64,000 nucleotides of DNA, taken from positions 832,001-896,000 of the forward strand of contig CAWIIQ010000001.1 of NCBI GenBank assembly GCA_963836185.1, given 5' to 3'. The translations under genes and the position numbers were made by a program. This stretch comes from Candidatus Krumholzibacteriia bacterium (GTDB lineage Bacteria; Krumholzibacteriota; Krumholzibacteriia; Krumholzibacteriales; Krumholzibacteriaceae). How positions within the stretch are numbered: position 1 is the stretch's first letter; each line of letters opens with the position of its first letter. The notes beneath the pieces were generated by a model that ran no database searches, had not been told where the DNA came from, and saw nothing but the letters and a program-made list of their open reading frames with translations. Positions 52,422 through 61,818 of the stretch are shown here, piece after piece.

Positions 52422-53771
52422 TCAGCATTCCTGCGGGGGGATCTCGATACGGCAGCGGCTGCCGGGACCTTCCGCCTCAACGAACTTTATAGTGCCTCCG
52501 TTGATCTCGACGGCCCATTTCGCGATCGAGAGGCCGAGACCGGATCCCCCTTCCGAGCTTGAACGTGAGGGGTCGAGCCTGTAGAAACGGTCGAAGACTT
52601 TTGAGCGCTCACCGGCCGGGATGCCGGGGCCGGAATCCGAGATCTCGACGTATGCCGATTCACTGTCGCTGCCGGTCTCAATAGAGATCTTTCCTCCGTC
52701 AGGAGTATACCTGATCGCGTTGTGCAGGACATTGGAGATCGCCAGGGTAAGTGTCGATATGTCCACGGTGGTCATGATGCCTTCGGTGGTCCGCGTCGAT
52801 ATCTTCTGGCCCCTCTCCTCAGCGAGGATCCTGAGTTCTCCCGTGATGCCGATGACCGTTTCGGACAGGTCGACCGGAAGAGGATGCAGGCCGGCCGAAC
52901 CGGCGTCACCCCTGGCGAGGACGAGCAGGTCCTCGACCATACGCGTGAGCCTGTCCGTTTCCTCGAGCATGCTTTCTATCGAATCACGGTATGATTTCGT
53001 ATCCTCCGGACCCCGAAGCGCCACCTCGCCCACACTCCGTATGGAAGTCAGGGGAGTGCGCAGTTCATGCGAGGCGTCCGCGGTAAAGCTCCGCAATTTC
53101 TCGAACGACTGCTCGAGTCTTGACAACGTATCGTTGAACACGATGGCGAGGCTGCCAATCTCATCCTTGTCATGAGGGACAGGCAGCCGCTCGGAGAGAT
53201 TGTCCGCTGATATCTCTCTCGCCTTTTCCGTGATATCGCGGACGGGGGAGAGGGCCCTGCCGGCGAGGAAGTATCCTCCGAGCAGGGAGAGCAGGACCGC
53301 GGCGATGCCGGCGATTATAAGGATCGTCGCGAGTTCTCCCGGTATCGCGGCGGCTTCCGTTATTTCGCGTGCGTAGTAAAGAGTGTAGCGGTACTCGGGA
53401 ATCGTGCCCCTGCGGAGAGCGTAGGACCTTCCATCGGAATTGATCCATGTAGCGTACTCCTCAAAATCGAATTCTACGGGAAGACCGGCCCTGTCCCAGC
53501 CGAGCGTCTGGTACTCTGGTTCGTTGTTCATCAGGATGAGGAAGAGCTCGGCGTCTCCGAGGTGCATCAGGTCGAAGATGTCTCCGCCCGAGTTGATGAT
53601 TATCGTCTCTATCGTCGCGTATCCGGCATCAAGGCTGGAACGGATCATCATCTCTACGCGATCGCGCATCAGGTACCAGATGCCGAGGGAGAGGAGCAGG
53701 GTTATGATCAGCAGGACCGCCATGTAGGAGAGGGTCAGCCGCAGGCGGATACCGGGGCCGGAGCGGCTCAT
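52422..53771 (-). CDS. Membrane sensor histidine kinase with HAMP domain (CusS/ArlS-like)
   Basis: Two TM, DEIG.LA..FN, ASHELRTPL, NAIRY, DSGPG, FDRFYR, GSGLGL. Confidence 0.93.
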   Translation of the reverse strand: MSRSGPGIRLRLTLSYMAVLLIITLLLSLGIWYLMRDRVEMMIRSSLDAGYATIETIIINSGGDIFDLMHLGDAELFLILMNNEPEYQTLGWDRAGLPVEFDFEEYATWINSDGRSYALRRGTIPEYRYTLYYAREITEAAAIPGELATILIIAGIAAVLLSLLGGYFLAGRALSPVRDITEKAREISADNLSERLPVPHDKDEIGSLAIVFNDTLSRLEQSFEKLRSFTADASHELRTPLTSIRSVGEVALRGPEDTKSYRDSIESMLEETDRLTRMVEDLLVLARGDAGSAGLHPLPVDLSETVIGITGELRILAEERGQKISTRTTEGIMTTVDISTLTLAISNVLHNAIRYTPDGGKISIETGSDSESAYVEISDSGPGIPAGERSKVFDRFYRLDPSRSSSEGGSGLGLSIAKWAVEINGGTIKFVEAEGPGSRCRIEIPPQEC

Positions 53772-54451
53772 GGCTCATCCTCCGAGAGGACGAATCCGAC
53801 GCCGCGGATCGTATGGAGGAGACGCTTCCCGTAATCCGCGTCCATCTTACTCCGGAGCCTCGTTATGTGCACGTCGATGACGTTGTCTAGCGGTGTCGCT
53901 CTCTGTTCGGCCTGCCAGACATCACGTGCGAGCATCTCGCGGGTAACCGTCTGGCCGTGATTGAGGGCGAGGTACTCTAGGAGCTCGAATTCCTTCGTAG
54001 TAAGCTGTATCTCATCGCCCGTCCTGGTCACATGTCTTGTCACGCGGTCTATCTCGAGGTCGTCGATCCTTATCCGAAGCACCTCGTCGGAGCGTCCGCG
54101 CCTCGTGAGCGCCCTGACCCGGGCCAGCAGCTCGGGGAAGGCGAAAGGCTTTACGAGGTAGTCGTCGGCGCCCGCGTCGAGGCCCACGACCCGGTCGCCT
54201 ACGGTGTCTTTGGCTGTGAGGATCAGGACCGGGGTCTGGCAGCGTTTCTCGCGGAGCGACTGCAGTATCTCGATACCGCTTCTTCCGGGGAGCATCAGGT
54301 CGAGAAGGATAAGGTCGAAGGTACGTGTAGTCGCAAGGAAGAAGCCTTCTTCACCAGTGTACGCCACGGTGACCTTGTATTTCTCGCGTTCGAGGCCCTG
54401 CCGCAGCGCCTTTGCGACCTTCTCCTCGTCCTCGACAACAAGTATATCCAT
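53768..54451 (-). CDS. OmpR-family response regulator (CusR/CzcR-like)
   Basis: LLDLMLP, GADDYLVKPF, LTTKEF, NVIDVHI..LRSK, TIRGVGF. Confidence 0.95.
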   Translation of the reverse strand: MDILVVEDEEKVAKALRQGLEREKYKVTVAYTGEEGFFLATTRTFDLILLDLMLPGRSGIEILQSLREKRCQTPVLILTAKDTVGDRVVGLDAGADDYLVKPFAFPELLARVRALTRRGRSDEVLRIRIDDLEIDRVTRHVTRTGDEIQLTTKEFELLEYLALNHGQTVTREMLARDVWQAEQRATPLDNVIDVHITRLRSKMDADYGKRLLHTIRGVGFVLSEDEP

Positions 54452-54496
54452 CGCTTTCCCTCCGGCGGGATAATAGCAGAAATCCCCGCCTGGCCC

Positions 54497-56665
54497 CTAC
54501 TTCTTTACGATACTGAGCGATATCCCTTCTCCACTTACCTCGATATATGTCGTATCGAGACCGGGATCGTTCTCTATCGCCTCGAGGAAATCCCTCATCG
54601 AGCGTTCCTGCGCGATCACGTTGTGGGCAACTATCGCGCCTCCGGCTACCACGCGGTCACGGACAAGTTCGAGGAATCTTATATAGTCCGGTTTCCACGC
54701 ATCGAGGAATATGAAGTCGAATTCGCCCTCGATCAACGGTATCTCCTCGAAGGCGTCGTTTATCCTCAAGTCGATGATATTTTCGAGCCCGCCCTTCTCG
54801 AAGTTTTCCTTTGCCTCGAGTCCCCTGATCTTTTCGTATTCGATCGTTATTATACTGCCGCCCGTCTGGCGGAACGCAAGTCCCATCCAGAGTGTGGAAT
54901 ACCCGTTCGAAGTGCCGATCTCAAGACCGCGTCTGTATCCCTTCTCGATGATCAGATCGTAGAGGAACCGTCCGTCCGCGGCGGGTACGTTCATCCCCCC
55001 GTGGACCGAAGGGAGATCCTTGAGCATGGGGAGTACCTTTTCGTCCGTGATGCCGGAGAATACACCGGGGAACTGCTCCGCCGGATCGGGGATGTCGAAC
55101 ATGCCTTCCTCCAGGACAGCGTCGTGCGTGACCTCTTCAATGCGAAACCTCGTTCTCGCGTTTTGGCTGTCGAAGTATACCAGGTGCGGTATCAATATCC
55201 CGTCGACCTTCCTGTAATCGGTGAAATATAGACGCCCGGCCTTCTTGAGCAGCCCGGAGCCTGAATCGAAGACGAAACGGATCTCTTTTCCACCGGGCAG
55301 TCTGCCGCTTATGACATAGACGCCGTCTCCTTCATCCTTTTCGGGATCGACTACCTCCAGATCCTTGAAGTATCTGTCCAGACGAAGCCCCCCATGCGGA
55401 TCTATCCACCAGGCGGTCACACCCCAGCCGGAGAGGTCCTCGCTCCGGATGCCGTTTGCGTCCTGGACCCATCCTTTGTCGCCGTCAAAGCCCCTTTTGA
55501 CGGGAGGATCGGAAGACAGGTCGCTATAGAGCCATCTGCCTTCGGCATCGACCGTCACTTCGAATATTCTTTCCTCCCCGGAACGGATGTCATCGCTGCC
55601 TATCCTCGCATGTTTGACTGGTTCGGTAGTGGTCCTGCAGAGGCAATGTCTTGATCTCAGCCTCTCGATGATTTCCCTGCCGCCGAGGGCTCCGGCATAC
55701 CTGTCGAGAATGTAATTGATCGTCATTATATCAGCGAAGGCGGCGATCTCTTTCCCCGATACCGTAACAAGCATCGGGGAACAGCTCCCGTGCTTCGTCA
55801 TCTCTTCGGAGAGGACAAGGGCGCCCGTTCTGCCCCCCGTTTCGCCCAATCTCCCCGTGAAAGTCTTCCTTTCCGTCGTTATCTCATAAGGAGAACCGAT
55901 CTCTTCGGCGGCGCCGGTGATCATCACGGCGCAGCCTTTCATGACCGATCTCCGAGAGGCGTGCAGGGTAACGGGTGGGGATGCCGATTCGGCGAGTCTT
56001 ACTGAATACATCAGATCCTGATCCTCGTGCGCGCCGATAGCGGGGTACCACGCGGCGCGGAAGGTGGGGCCCGGTTCCATGTCGGCGTCGTTGGCGATCA
56101 GCTGGAATCCGAGCTCCCGGCCCTCTGCCGGGTCGACCCCGATGCTGTCACACGGGAAAAAGACCTCGATGACGTAGCCGGCGTCAGTGACTCTGGCCGC
56201 CTGTACTGTCCTCACCGTTCTTTCCGATTCTCCGGCGCCGAAATCGTACAGTTTCCACCTGAGAGAATCGTATTTCTCGTCCGCGCCCGCGGCAAGGACG
56301 AGCTGGACCATATTCCTGCTGCCGCGCAGCTCGGAGATGAATATCTCGACACAGTCTTCCCGCCAGAGCCGCTTCAGTTCCTCGTGCTCGTGCGCGATAT
56401 CATCAGTGATTTCCACGAGGACGAACAGGCCGCCCCTGTTCCAGCCGAGCCTGAACCGGACATCGAAATCGTCAGCGGGGAGGAACCTTCCATCGGGGTC
56501 GGGGAGAAGCTCGACGCGAAATCCCCTGTCGCCCCAGTCTTCCGTGTTCCCGTCGATCTGTATCCTGTCGACAGGGGGGATGTCGAATATCTGCGTCTCT
56601 GCCGGTCCGGGGACCGACAGAAGGACAAACAATATAAACAGCACAGGATCGATCCTTTTCATCAC
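54497..56665 (-). CDS. Signal peptide + CBM9/DOMON-like + LolA-like + C-terminal SAM-dependent O-methyltransferase fusion
   Basis: IDG...DW, V...DD, W.EDCVEIF; GFDG..GW..DYRKVDGILIPH; LEIGTSNGYS, FDFIFLDAWK, GG.IVAHN. Confidence 0.75.
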   Translation of the reverse strand: MMKRIDPVLFILFVLLSVPGPAETQIFDIPPVDRIQIDGNTEDWGDRGFRVELLPDPDGRFLPADDFDVRFRLGWNRGGLFVLVEITDDIAHEHEELKRLWREDCVEIFISELRGSRNMVQLVLAAGADEKYDSLRWKLYDFGAGESERTVRTVQAARVTDAGYVIEVFFPCDSIGVDPAEGRELGFQLIANDADMEPGPTFRAAWYPAIGAHEDQDLMYSVRLAESASPPVTLHASRRSVMKGCAVMITGAAEEIGSPYEITTERKTFTGRLGETGGRTGALVLSEEMTKHGSCSPMLVTVSGKEIAAFADIMTINYILDRYAGALGGREIIERLRSRHCLCRTTTEPVKHARIGSDDIRSGEERIFEVTVDAEGRWLYSDLSSDPPVKRGFDGDKGWVQDANGIRSEDLSGWGVTAWWIDPHGGLRLDRYFKDLEVVDPEKDEGDGVYVISGRLPGGKEIRFVFDSGSGLLKKAGRLYFTDYRKVDGILIPHLVYFDSQNARTRFRIEEVTHDAVLEEGMFDIPDPAEQFPGVFSGITDEKVLPMLKDLPSVHGGMNVPAADGRFLYDLIIEKGYRRGLEIGTSNGYSTLWMGLAFRQTGGSIITIEYEKIRGLEAKENFEKGGLENIIDLRINDAFEEIPLIEGEFDFIFLDAWKPDYIRFLELVRDRVVAGGAIVAHNVIAQERSMRDFLEAIENDPGLDTTYIEVSGEGISLSIVKK

Positions 56666-57174
56666 GGACCTCCTTCACCGGTGATCCTGACAGTGCCAAG
56701 TATCCTGCTCATCAGTTCGCTGCACCCGTCATGCTCATCCACGGGACACGATATCTGAACGATGTACAGCGCGTTCTCTTCCCGGTGCCCGCGCGAACTG
56801 CCGTTATGTATGACTGCGAGGATGGTACCAGGAATATCATAGAGGACGACATCGTGGTATTCAGTACTTAAGCTGTCCGGTCCGGATCCTTCGGGGATCT
56901 CCAGGCCCTTCATGCCGGCCATTTTAATCAGGTATCCGCGGGCGTCCTGTTCCGTGGAAGTGTACCAGACCATTACGTGCGCTTTTCCGCTGGGACTGGC
57001 CATCTCGAAGGTCCCCTCGTCCCCTGGACGCGGCACCCTGTGCCATCCCTCGAATGTCTTGAACTGTACAGGCAGGTCTGGATGCCTGTGAGTCTCAGCC
57101 TTAGCCTCGACTCTTACTGCCGCCGCTGGCGCGATTAACACAGATGTCAGCAGGGCGAGAATCATCTGTCTCAT
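56662..57174 (-). CDS. Secreted hypothetical protein
   Basis: Signal peptide MRQMILALLTSVLIAPAAA, GGAGGT RBS, 4-nt overlap with the next gene. Confidence 0.75.
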   Translation of the reverse strand: MRQMILALLTSVLIAPAAAVRVEAKAETHRHPDLPVQFKTFEGWHRVPRPGDEGTFEMASPSGKAHVMVWYTSTEQDARGYLIKMAGMKGLEIPEGSGPDSLSTEYHDVVLYDIPGTILAVIHNGSSRGHREENALYIVQISCPVDEHDGCSELMSRILGTVRITGEGGP

Positions 57175-57215
57175 CGTTTCACCTCCGTATCTGTCGCATA
57201 TCTATTTATACGCCC

Positions 57216-57259
57216 CTTAACCTGTTGTGCCACTTAATGATTCCTTAATTGTAGTTAAG
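57216..57259 (-). promoter_or_regulatory. TTAAG direct repeats, candidate OmpR-family operator
   Basis: Minus strand reads cTTAActacaaTTAAGgaatcaTTAAGtggcacaacaggTTAAG, upstream of TATAAA and of the operon containing the response regulator. Confidence 0.4.
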
Positions 57260-57283
57260 AATACAGAAGGCATGTCCTGCCGG

Positions 57284-57312
57284 TTGACATGTCGCCGGGT
57301 CTTGCTTATCAT
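57284..57312 (+). promoter_or_regulatory. sigma70 promoter (copy 1)
   Basis: TTGACA-17 nt-TATCAT. Confidence 0.75.
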
Positions 57313-57407
57313 CCTCCTTACGCTCGGCCCTTTTCCGGGACCGGGTGATTCTCATCGGTCAAGCCTTGATAATTGAATGATGAGAGTCGTTTAATGAGGA
57401 GGACTGG

Positions 57408-57701
57408 ATGGCGAATAGACGATTTGACGAAGAAAAGATCCGCAACATCCTTCGGCAGGTAGAAATCGGCGTTCCAGTCGAAGAAATATGTGGAAAACTC
57501 GGCATAACTGAAAAGACATTTTCCAGCTGGAAGAGCAAATATGCCGGGACAAGTGTCGTTGATTTTCAGCGGCTGAAGCAGCTGGAGGAAGAGAACAGGA
57601 AGCTCAAACAGCTGATAGTAGAACTGAGCCTTGATAAGCAGATGCTTCAGGATGTGCTTAAAACAACCCTGAAAGAGGTCAACAAAGAGGTCAAAAAGTA
57701 A
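57408..57701 (+). CDS. Solo IS3-family OrfA-like protein (HTH plus leucine zipper), no OrfB
   Basis: RF.EE.I..IL, ICGKLGI...TF..WK.KY.G, RLKQLEEENRKLKQL..LSLDK; strong GAGGAGGA RBS. Confidence 0.85.
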   Translation: MANRRFDEEKIRNILRQVEIGVPVEEICGKLGITEKTFSSWKSKYAGTSVVDFQRLKQLEEENRKLKQLIVELSLDKQMLQDVLKTTLKEVNKEVKK

Positions 57702-57726
57702 GTTTACAGGGCAGGGTCTCCTCAAG

Positions 57727-57755
57727 TTGACACATCACCGTGTCTTGCGTATTAT
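57727..57755 (+). promoter_or_regulatory. sigma70 promoter (copy 2)
   Basis: TTGACA-17 nt-TATTAT, with a spacer similar to copy 1. Confidence 0.75.
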
Positions 57756-57791
57756 TCCCCGTACACTTTATTCAGGCCATGAAAGGCAGGA

Positions 57792-57992
57792 ATGAGAGTC
57801 AAAACGCGGATCTCGATCGTCGGGATCATGGTATCGATCATCGCAGCGCTTCTGTCCGCCATGCTCTCCGCTGGAAGTGACGTCAGGCTGGTCTTTGTCC
57901 TGACCGTCTTCTTCAGCGGATTCGCCGGCGGGGCTGCTCTGGTCGCGCTGATCAGCGGTATCAAGCAAGGAAAAAGTGAGGAGAAGGACTGA
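57792..57992 (+). CDS. Small 2-TM membrane protein
   Basis: 66 aa, two hydrophobic segments, downstream of promoter copy 2. Confidence 0.6.
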   Translation: MRVKTRISIVGIMVSIIAALLSAMLSAGSDVRLVFVLTVFFSGFAGGAALVALISGIKQGKSEEKD

Positions 57993-58046
57993 CAGTTCAC
58001 GAACCGGTCCTTTTTCGTCAAATTCCTCTGAAGGAGGTATGAAGGG

Positions 58047-60146
58047 ATGAAGAGAAAGTTTTTCGCGCCTCTACTGGTCGTCCTGCTGCTGTTCGCCTGC
58101 TCTCCGCAGGAGCAGAATCCTTTTTACACGGAATGGGACACTCCCTTCGGGATCCCGCCCTTTTCCGAGATAAAGGAAGAGCACTACAGGCCCGCCATTG
58201 AGAAGGGCATCGCCGAGCACCAGTTGGAGATCGACGCGATCGCGAACAGCACGGAGCACCCGACTTTCGAGAACACGATCCTCGCCCTGGAATACAGCGG
58301 CGACCTTCTCGGCAAGGTGACCGACGTGTTCTTCAGCCTTAACTCTGCGGTGACCAACGACTCGATGCAGGCTATCGCGATGTGGGCCGGTCCTACACTC
58401 TCAGGCCATAACGACAATATCATCCTGAACGAAAAGCTGTTCAAGCGTATCAAGGTAGTCCACGATGCAAGATTGTCCCTCGCGCTTACGCCCGAGCAGG
58501 ACAAGCTTCTCGATGACTACTACAAGCGTTTCGCACGTAACGGCGCTAACCTCAGCGAGGCCGACAAGGCGAAGATGCGTGAGATCAACAAGGAACTCTC
58601 GATGCTCACCATCAAGTTTGGAGAGAACATCCTCAAGGAGACAAACTCGTTCGAGATGGTCCTCGAGGACAAAAAGGATCTTGCCGGGCTGCCCGATTTC
58701 GTCGTCAGCGCCGCTTCCGAGGCCGCAGAGGCTGCGGGATATACCGGCAAGTGGATGTTCACGCTGCATAAGACGAGTTGGATCCCCTTCCTCCAGTATT
58801 CCGAGAGAAGGGACCTGCGCGAGAAGATCTACACCGCCTGGTTCATGCTGGGCGATGGTGACAACGAATTCGACAACAAGGATACTCTCAGAAAGATCGC
58901 GAACCTGAGACTCGACAGGTCGAACCTTCTCGGCTACGAGACCTACGCGGACTTCGCTCTCGAGGAATCGATGGCCAAGATCCCGTCGAACGTCTACGAA
59001 CTTTTCGAGCAGATCTGGCCACCGGCACTTAACAAGGCGAAAGAGGATCGTGCGCTCTTCCAGGAGATGGCCGACCGCGAAGGCGGCAATTTCAAGATCG
59101 ACAGCTGGGACTGGTGGTACTATGCCGAGAAGCTGAAGAAAGAGAAGTACGACCTCGACGACGAGGTCCTCAAGCCGTACTTCCAGCTTGAAAACGTCAT
59201 GGACGGCTGCTTCATGGTATGCAACAAGCTCTGGGGTATCACCTTCGACGAGATCAAGGATGCACCCGTATATCACGAAGATGTGAAGGTATTCGAGGTC
59301 AAGGAGGAGGACGGCTCCCTTATCGGGATCTGGTTCTGTGACTACTTCCCGAGAGCGAGCAAGAGGGGCGGTGCCTGGATGGGTACCTTCCGCAAGCAGT
59401 CAAGGACGATCGACGGCGAGATGGTCTATCCCCTCGTCTACAATGTCGGCAACTTCTCAAAGCCGACAGGCGATATGCCCTCGCTGCTGACCTTCGATGA
59501 GGTCAACACGATGTTCCACGAGATGGGACACGGCCTTCACGGCCTTCTCTCCAATGGCTCTTATCCGAGCCTGACCGGCACGGCAGTAGCTACCGATTTT
59601 GTCGAGCTTCCGTCGCAGATCATGGAGAACTGGGCGACCGATCCCGCTGTACTCAAGATGTACGCCAAGCATTACAAGACGGGAGAGCCGATCCCCGACG
59701 AGCTTGTCGAGAAGATCAAGAAGGCCAAGCAGTTCAACCAGGGCTTCTTCGCTTCCGAGTACATCGCCGCTTCGATCCTCGACATGGACTATCACACCAT
59801 CGACAAGCAGATAGGTGGAGATATAGACAGGTTCGAGAACAAGTCGATGGGCGCCATCGGCCTTATCCCCGAGATCAAGCCCAGGTACAGGTCGACATAC
59901 TTCAGGCATATCTTCTCGAGCGGCTATGCCGCCGGTTATTACAGCTATATGTGGGCCGAGGTGCTGGACGCCGACGCTTACCAGGCGTTCAAGGAGAACG
60001 GCATCTTCGATCGCCAGACGGCCGACCTGTTCAGAGAGAACGTCCTGGCCAAGGGCGGCTCGGAGGACCCGATGAAGCTGTACGTGCAGTTCAGGGGAGC
60101 GATCCCGAGCATCCAGCCGCTTCTCGAGAGAAGGGGCCTGAACTAG
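58047..60146 (+). CDS. dcp: M3 family peptidyl-dipeptidase Dcp, lipoprotein
   Basis: Lipobox LLFAC, PTFENTI, KRGGAWM, FHEMGH, DFVELPSQ, YAAGYYSY.WAE. Confidence 0.92.
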   Translation: MKRKFFAPLLVVLLLFACSPQEQNPFYTEWDTPFGIPPFSEIKEEHYRPAIEKGIAEHQLEIDAIANSTEHPTFENTILALEYSGDLLGKVTDVFFSLNSAVTNDSMQAIAMWAGPTLSGHNDNIILNEKLFKRIKVVHDARLSLALTPEQDKLLDDYYKRFARNGANLSEADKAKMREINKELSMLTIKFGENILKETNSFEMVLEDKKDLAGLPDFVVSAASEAAEAAGYTGKWMFTLHKTSWIPFLQYSERRDLREKIYTAWFMLGDGDNEFDNKDTLRKIANLRLDRSNLLGYETYADFALEESMAKIPSNVYELFEQIWPPALNKAKEDRALFQEMADREGGNFKIDSWDWWYYAEKLKKEKYDLDDEVLKPYFQLENVMDGCFMVCNKLWGITFDEIKDAPVYHEDVKVFEVKEEDGSLIGIWFCDYFPRASKRGGAWMGTFRKQSRTIDGEMVYPLVYNVGNFSKPTGDMPSLLTFDEVNTMFHEMGHGLHGLLSNGSYPSLTGTAVATDFVELPSQIMENWATDPAVLKMYAKHYKTGEPIPDELVEKIKKAKQFNQGFFASEYIAASILDMDYHTIDKQIGGDIDRFENKSMGAIGLIPEIKPRYRSTYFRHIFSSGYAAGYYSYMWAEVLDADAYQAFKENGIFDRQTADLFRENVLAKGGSEDPMKLYVQFRGAIPSIQPLLERRGLN

Positions 60147-60178
60147 GATCGAATAAAAAGACGGGAAAACGGTTATAT

Positions 60179-60218
60179 ACGGGCAGAGGGTCCGCCGTCA
60201 GGCGGGCCCGCTACCCGT
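60179..60218. repeat. GC-rich intergenic inverted repeat without a U tail
   Basis: ACGGG..GGGTCCGCC-GTCA-GGCGGGCCC..CCCGT. Confidence 0.5.
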
Positions 60219-60235
60219 GACAGGAGGTAAGGATC

Positions 60236-60733
60236 ATGTTCAAGGCATGGACAGTTCTGAACACCGTTTTTCTTCTCTTGATACTCTTCAACCTCTTTTC
60301 CTGGTTCATCCTTCCCGACAATGTAGCTATCCATTTCGGCAGGGGCGGAGCGCCCGACAACTGGATGTCGAAAGGGGCGCATATCCTGATATTCACAGTT
60401 CTGACAGGAGTGATCTACGGCAGCTTCGCTCTCGCGCCGAGACTTCTCGACGGGGTGCCGAAGAAATATATCAGCCTTCCAAACAGGGATTACTGGCTTC
60501 TCGACGAGAACCTGCCCGAGGCTGTAAGGAGGATGTCTGGACTGATGTATTCATTCGGCATCGCCACGGGGCTGCTGATGCTCGGCGCCCTGATACTTAC
60601 AGTCACAGCGAATCTCTCCGAAACGGTAAGGCTTAACGAGGGTATCTTCTTCGTCATGTTCATAGCGTATATTGCCTACACGGCATGGTGGCTCGTGAGG
60701 ATATTCACCGCATTCAGGGTGCCGAAAGGATGA
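60236..60733 (+). CDS. DUF1648 family membrane protein
   Basis: LPDNVAIHFG..G.PDNW.SK; 4 TM. Confidence 0.85.
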   Translation: MFKAWTVLNTVFLLLILFNLFSWFILPDNVAIHFGRGGAPDNWMSKGAHILIFTVLTGVIYGSFALAPRLLDGVPKKYISLPNRDYWLLDENLPEAVRRMSGLMYSFGIATGLLMLGALILTVTANLSETVRLNEGIFFVMFIAYIAYTAWWLVRIFTAFRVPKG

Positions 60734-61818
60734 GCAGCGGCAGGTTCGATCGCAAGGTGCTGAACAGGTCGCTCGTAGTATTCTTTCTCAATGCCGTACG
60801 CGTAGCGATGCGAAGTCCCGCCCAGGCTCTCTCATTCATGAGGACCGTCTGGTGGATGGGGCGGTCGGCATCGATCAGGAGATCATGGAAGAAGCGCGGC
60901 GCCCATATCCCTCCGATAATCATCTACAGCGTCACGAGACGATGCAATCTCAGCTGTGAGGGATGCTATTCGGCCGCTCTCGGCAGGGACGAGGGCGAAG
61001 AGCTCGGCAAGGAAGAGCTCGCGAGGATAGTTCGTGAATCGAAGCAGCTCGGCGTCTCGTTTTTCGTGATCGCCGGCGGCGAGCCGTTCATGCGCCCCGA
61101 GATCGTCGAAGCGGCCGCGGGCCAGCCGGGGATGGTCTTTCTCGTTTTCACTAACGGGCTCCTGATCGACGAGGCAATGGTCGAGACACTGCGAAAAACG
61201 AGAAACCTCGTGCCGATGGTAAGTATCGAAGGGGACATCGCCGAGACTGACGGGCGCAGGGGAGAGGGAATATTCGACAAGGTCACTTCAACGATGCGCC
61301 TGCTCGAGAGCAGGGGGATATTCTTCGGGGCGTCGATCACTCTTACCGGGCGGAATTTCGAGAAGGTCACCGGAGAGGATTTCATCGGAGGGCTGTTCGA
61401 AGCGGGGTGCAGGTTCTTTCTCTTCCTCGAATACACTCCGGTGGAGGAAGGTACCGGCCATCTCGTCGTGAGCGACAGGCTCAGGGCCGATATCCCGGTC
61501 ATCCTCGAGAAGTACAGGAAAAGGTTTCCCGCCCTCTTCATCGGAGTCCCGTGGGATGAGGACGATGTCGGAGGATGCCTCTCTGCCGGGCGGGGTTTCG
61601 TTCACATAGATCCCTGCGGCGATATCGAACCATGCCCCTTTGCCCCGTTTTCCGACTCGAGCGTGCGTGGAAGGCCCCTCGTCGAGGCACTGCAGTCGCC
61701 TTTTCTCGAGAAACTGCGTGCGGACCCTGAGTTCGCCCGCGAAACGGGCGGAGGGTGCGTTCTGTGGAAGAAGAGAGAAGAGGTGGCGGCCCTGCTCGAA
61801 GAGTCAGGTTCCCGTTAG
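60730..61818 (+). CDS. Radical SAM/SPASM domain protein
   Basis: CNLSCEGC, GGEPF, FTNG, GCLSAGRGF.HI...G..EPCPF. Confidence 0.9.
   Translation: MSSGRFDRKVLNRSLVVFFLNAVRVAMRSPAQALSFMRTVWWMGRSASIRRSWKKRGAHIPPIIIYSVTRRCNLSCEGCYSAALGRDEGEELGKEELARIVRESKQLGVSFFVIAGGEPFMRPEIVEAAAGQPGMVFLVFTNGLLIDEAMVETLRKTRNLVPMVSIEGDIAETDGRRGEGIFDKVTSTMRLLESRGIFFGASITLTGRNFEKVTGEDFIGGLFEAGCRFFLFLEYTPVEEGTGHLVVSDRLRADIPVILEKYRKRFPALFIGVPWDEDDVGGCLSAGRGFVHIDPCGDIEPCPFAPFSDSSVRGRPLVEALQSPFLEKLRADPEFARETGGGCVLWKKREEVAALLEESGSR

Noticed and set aside
57284-57760. Complete active IS3 element
   Set aside because: No OrfB/DDE integrase domain and no terminal inverted repeats were recognised.
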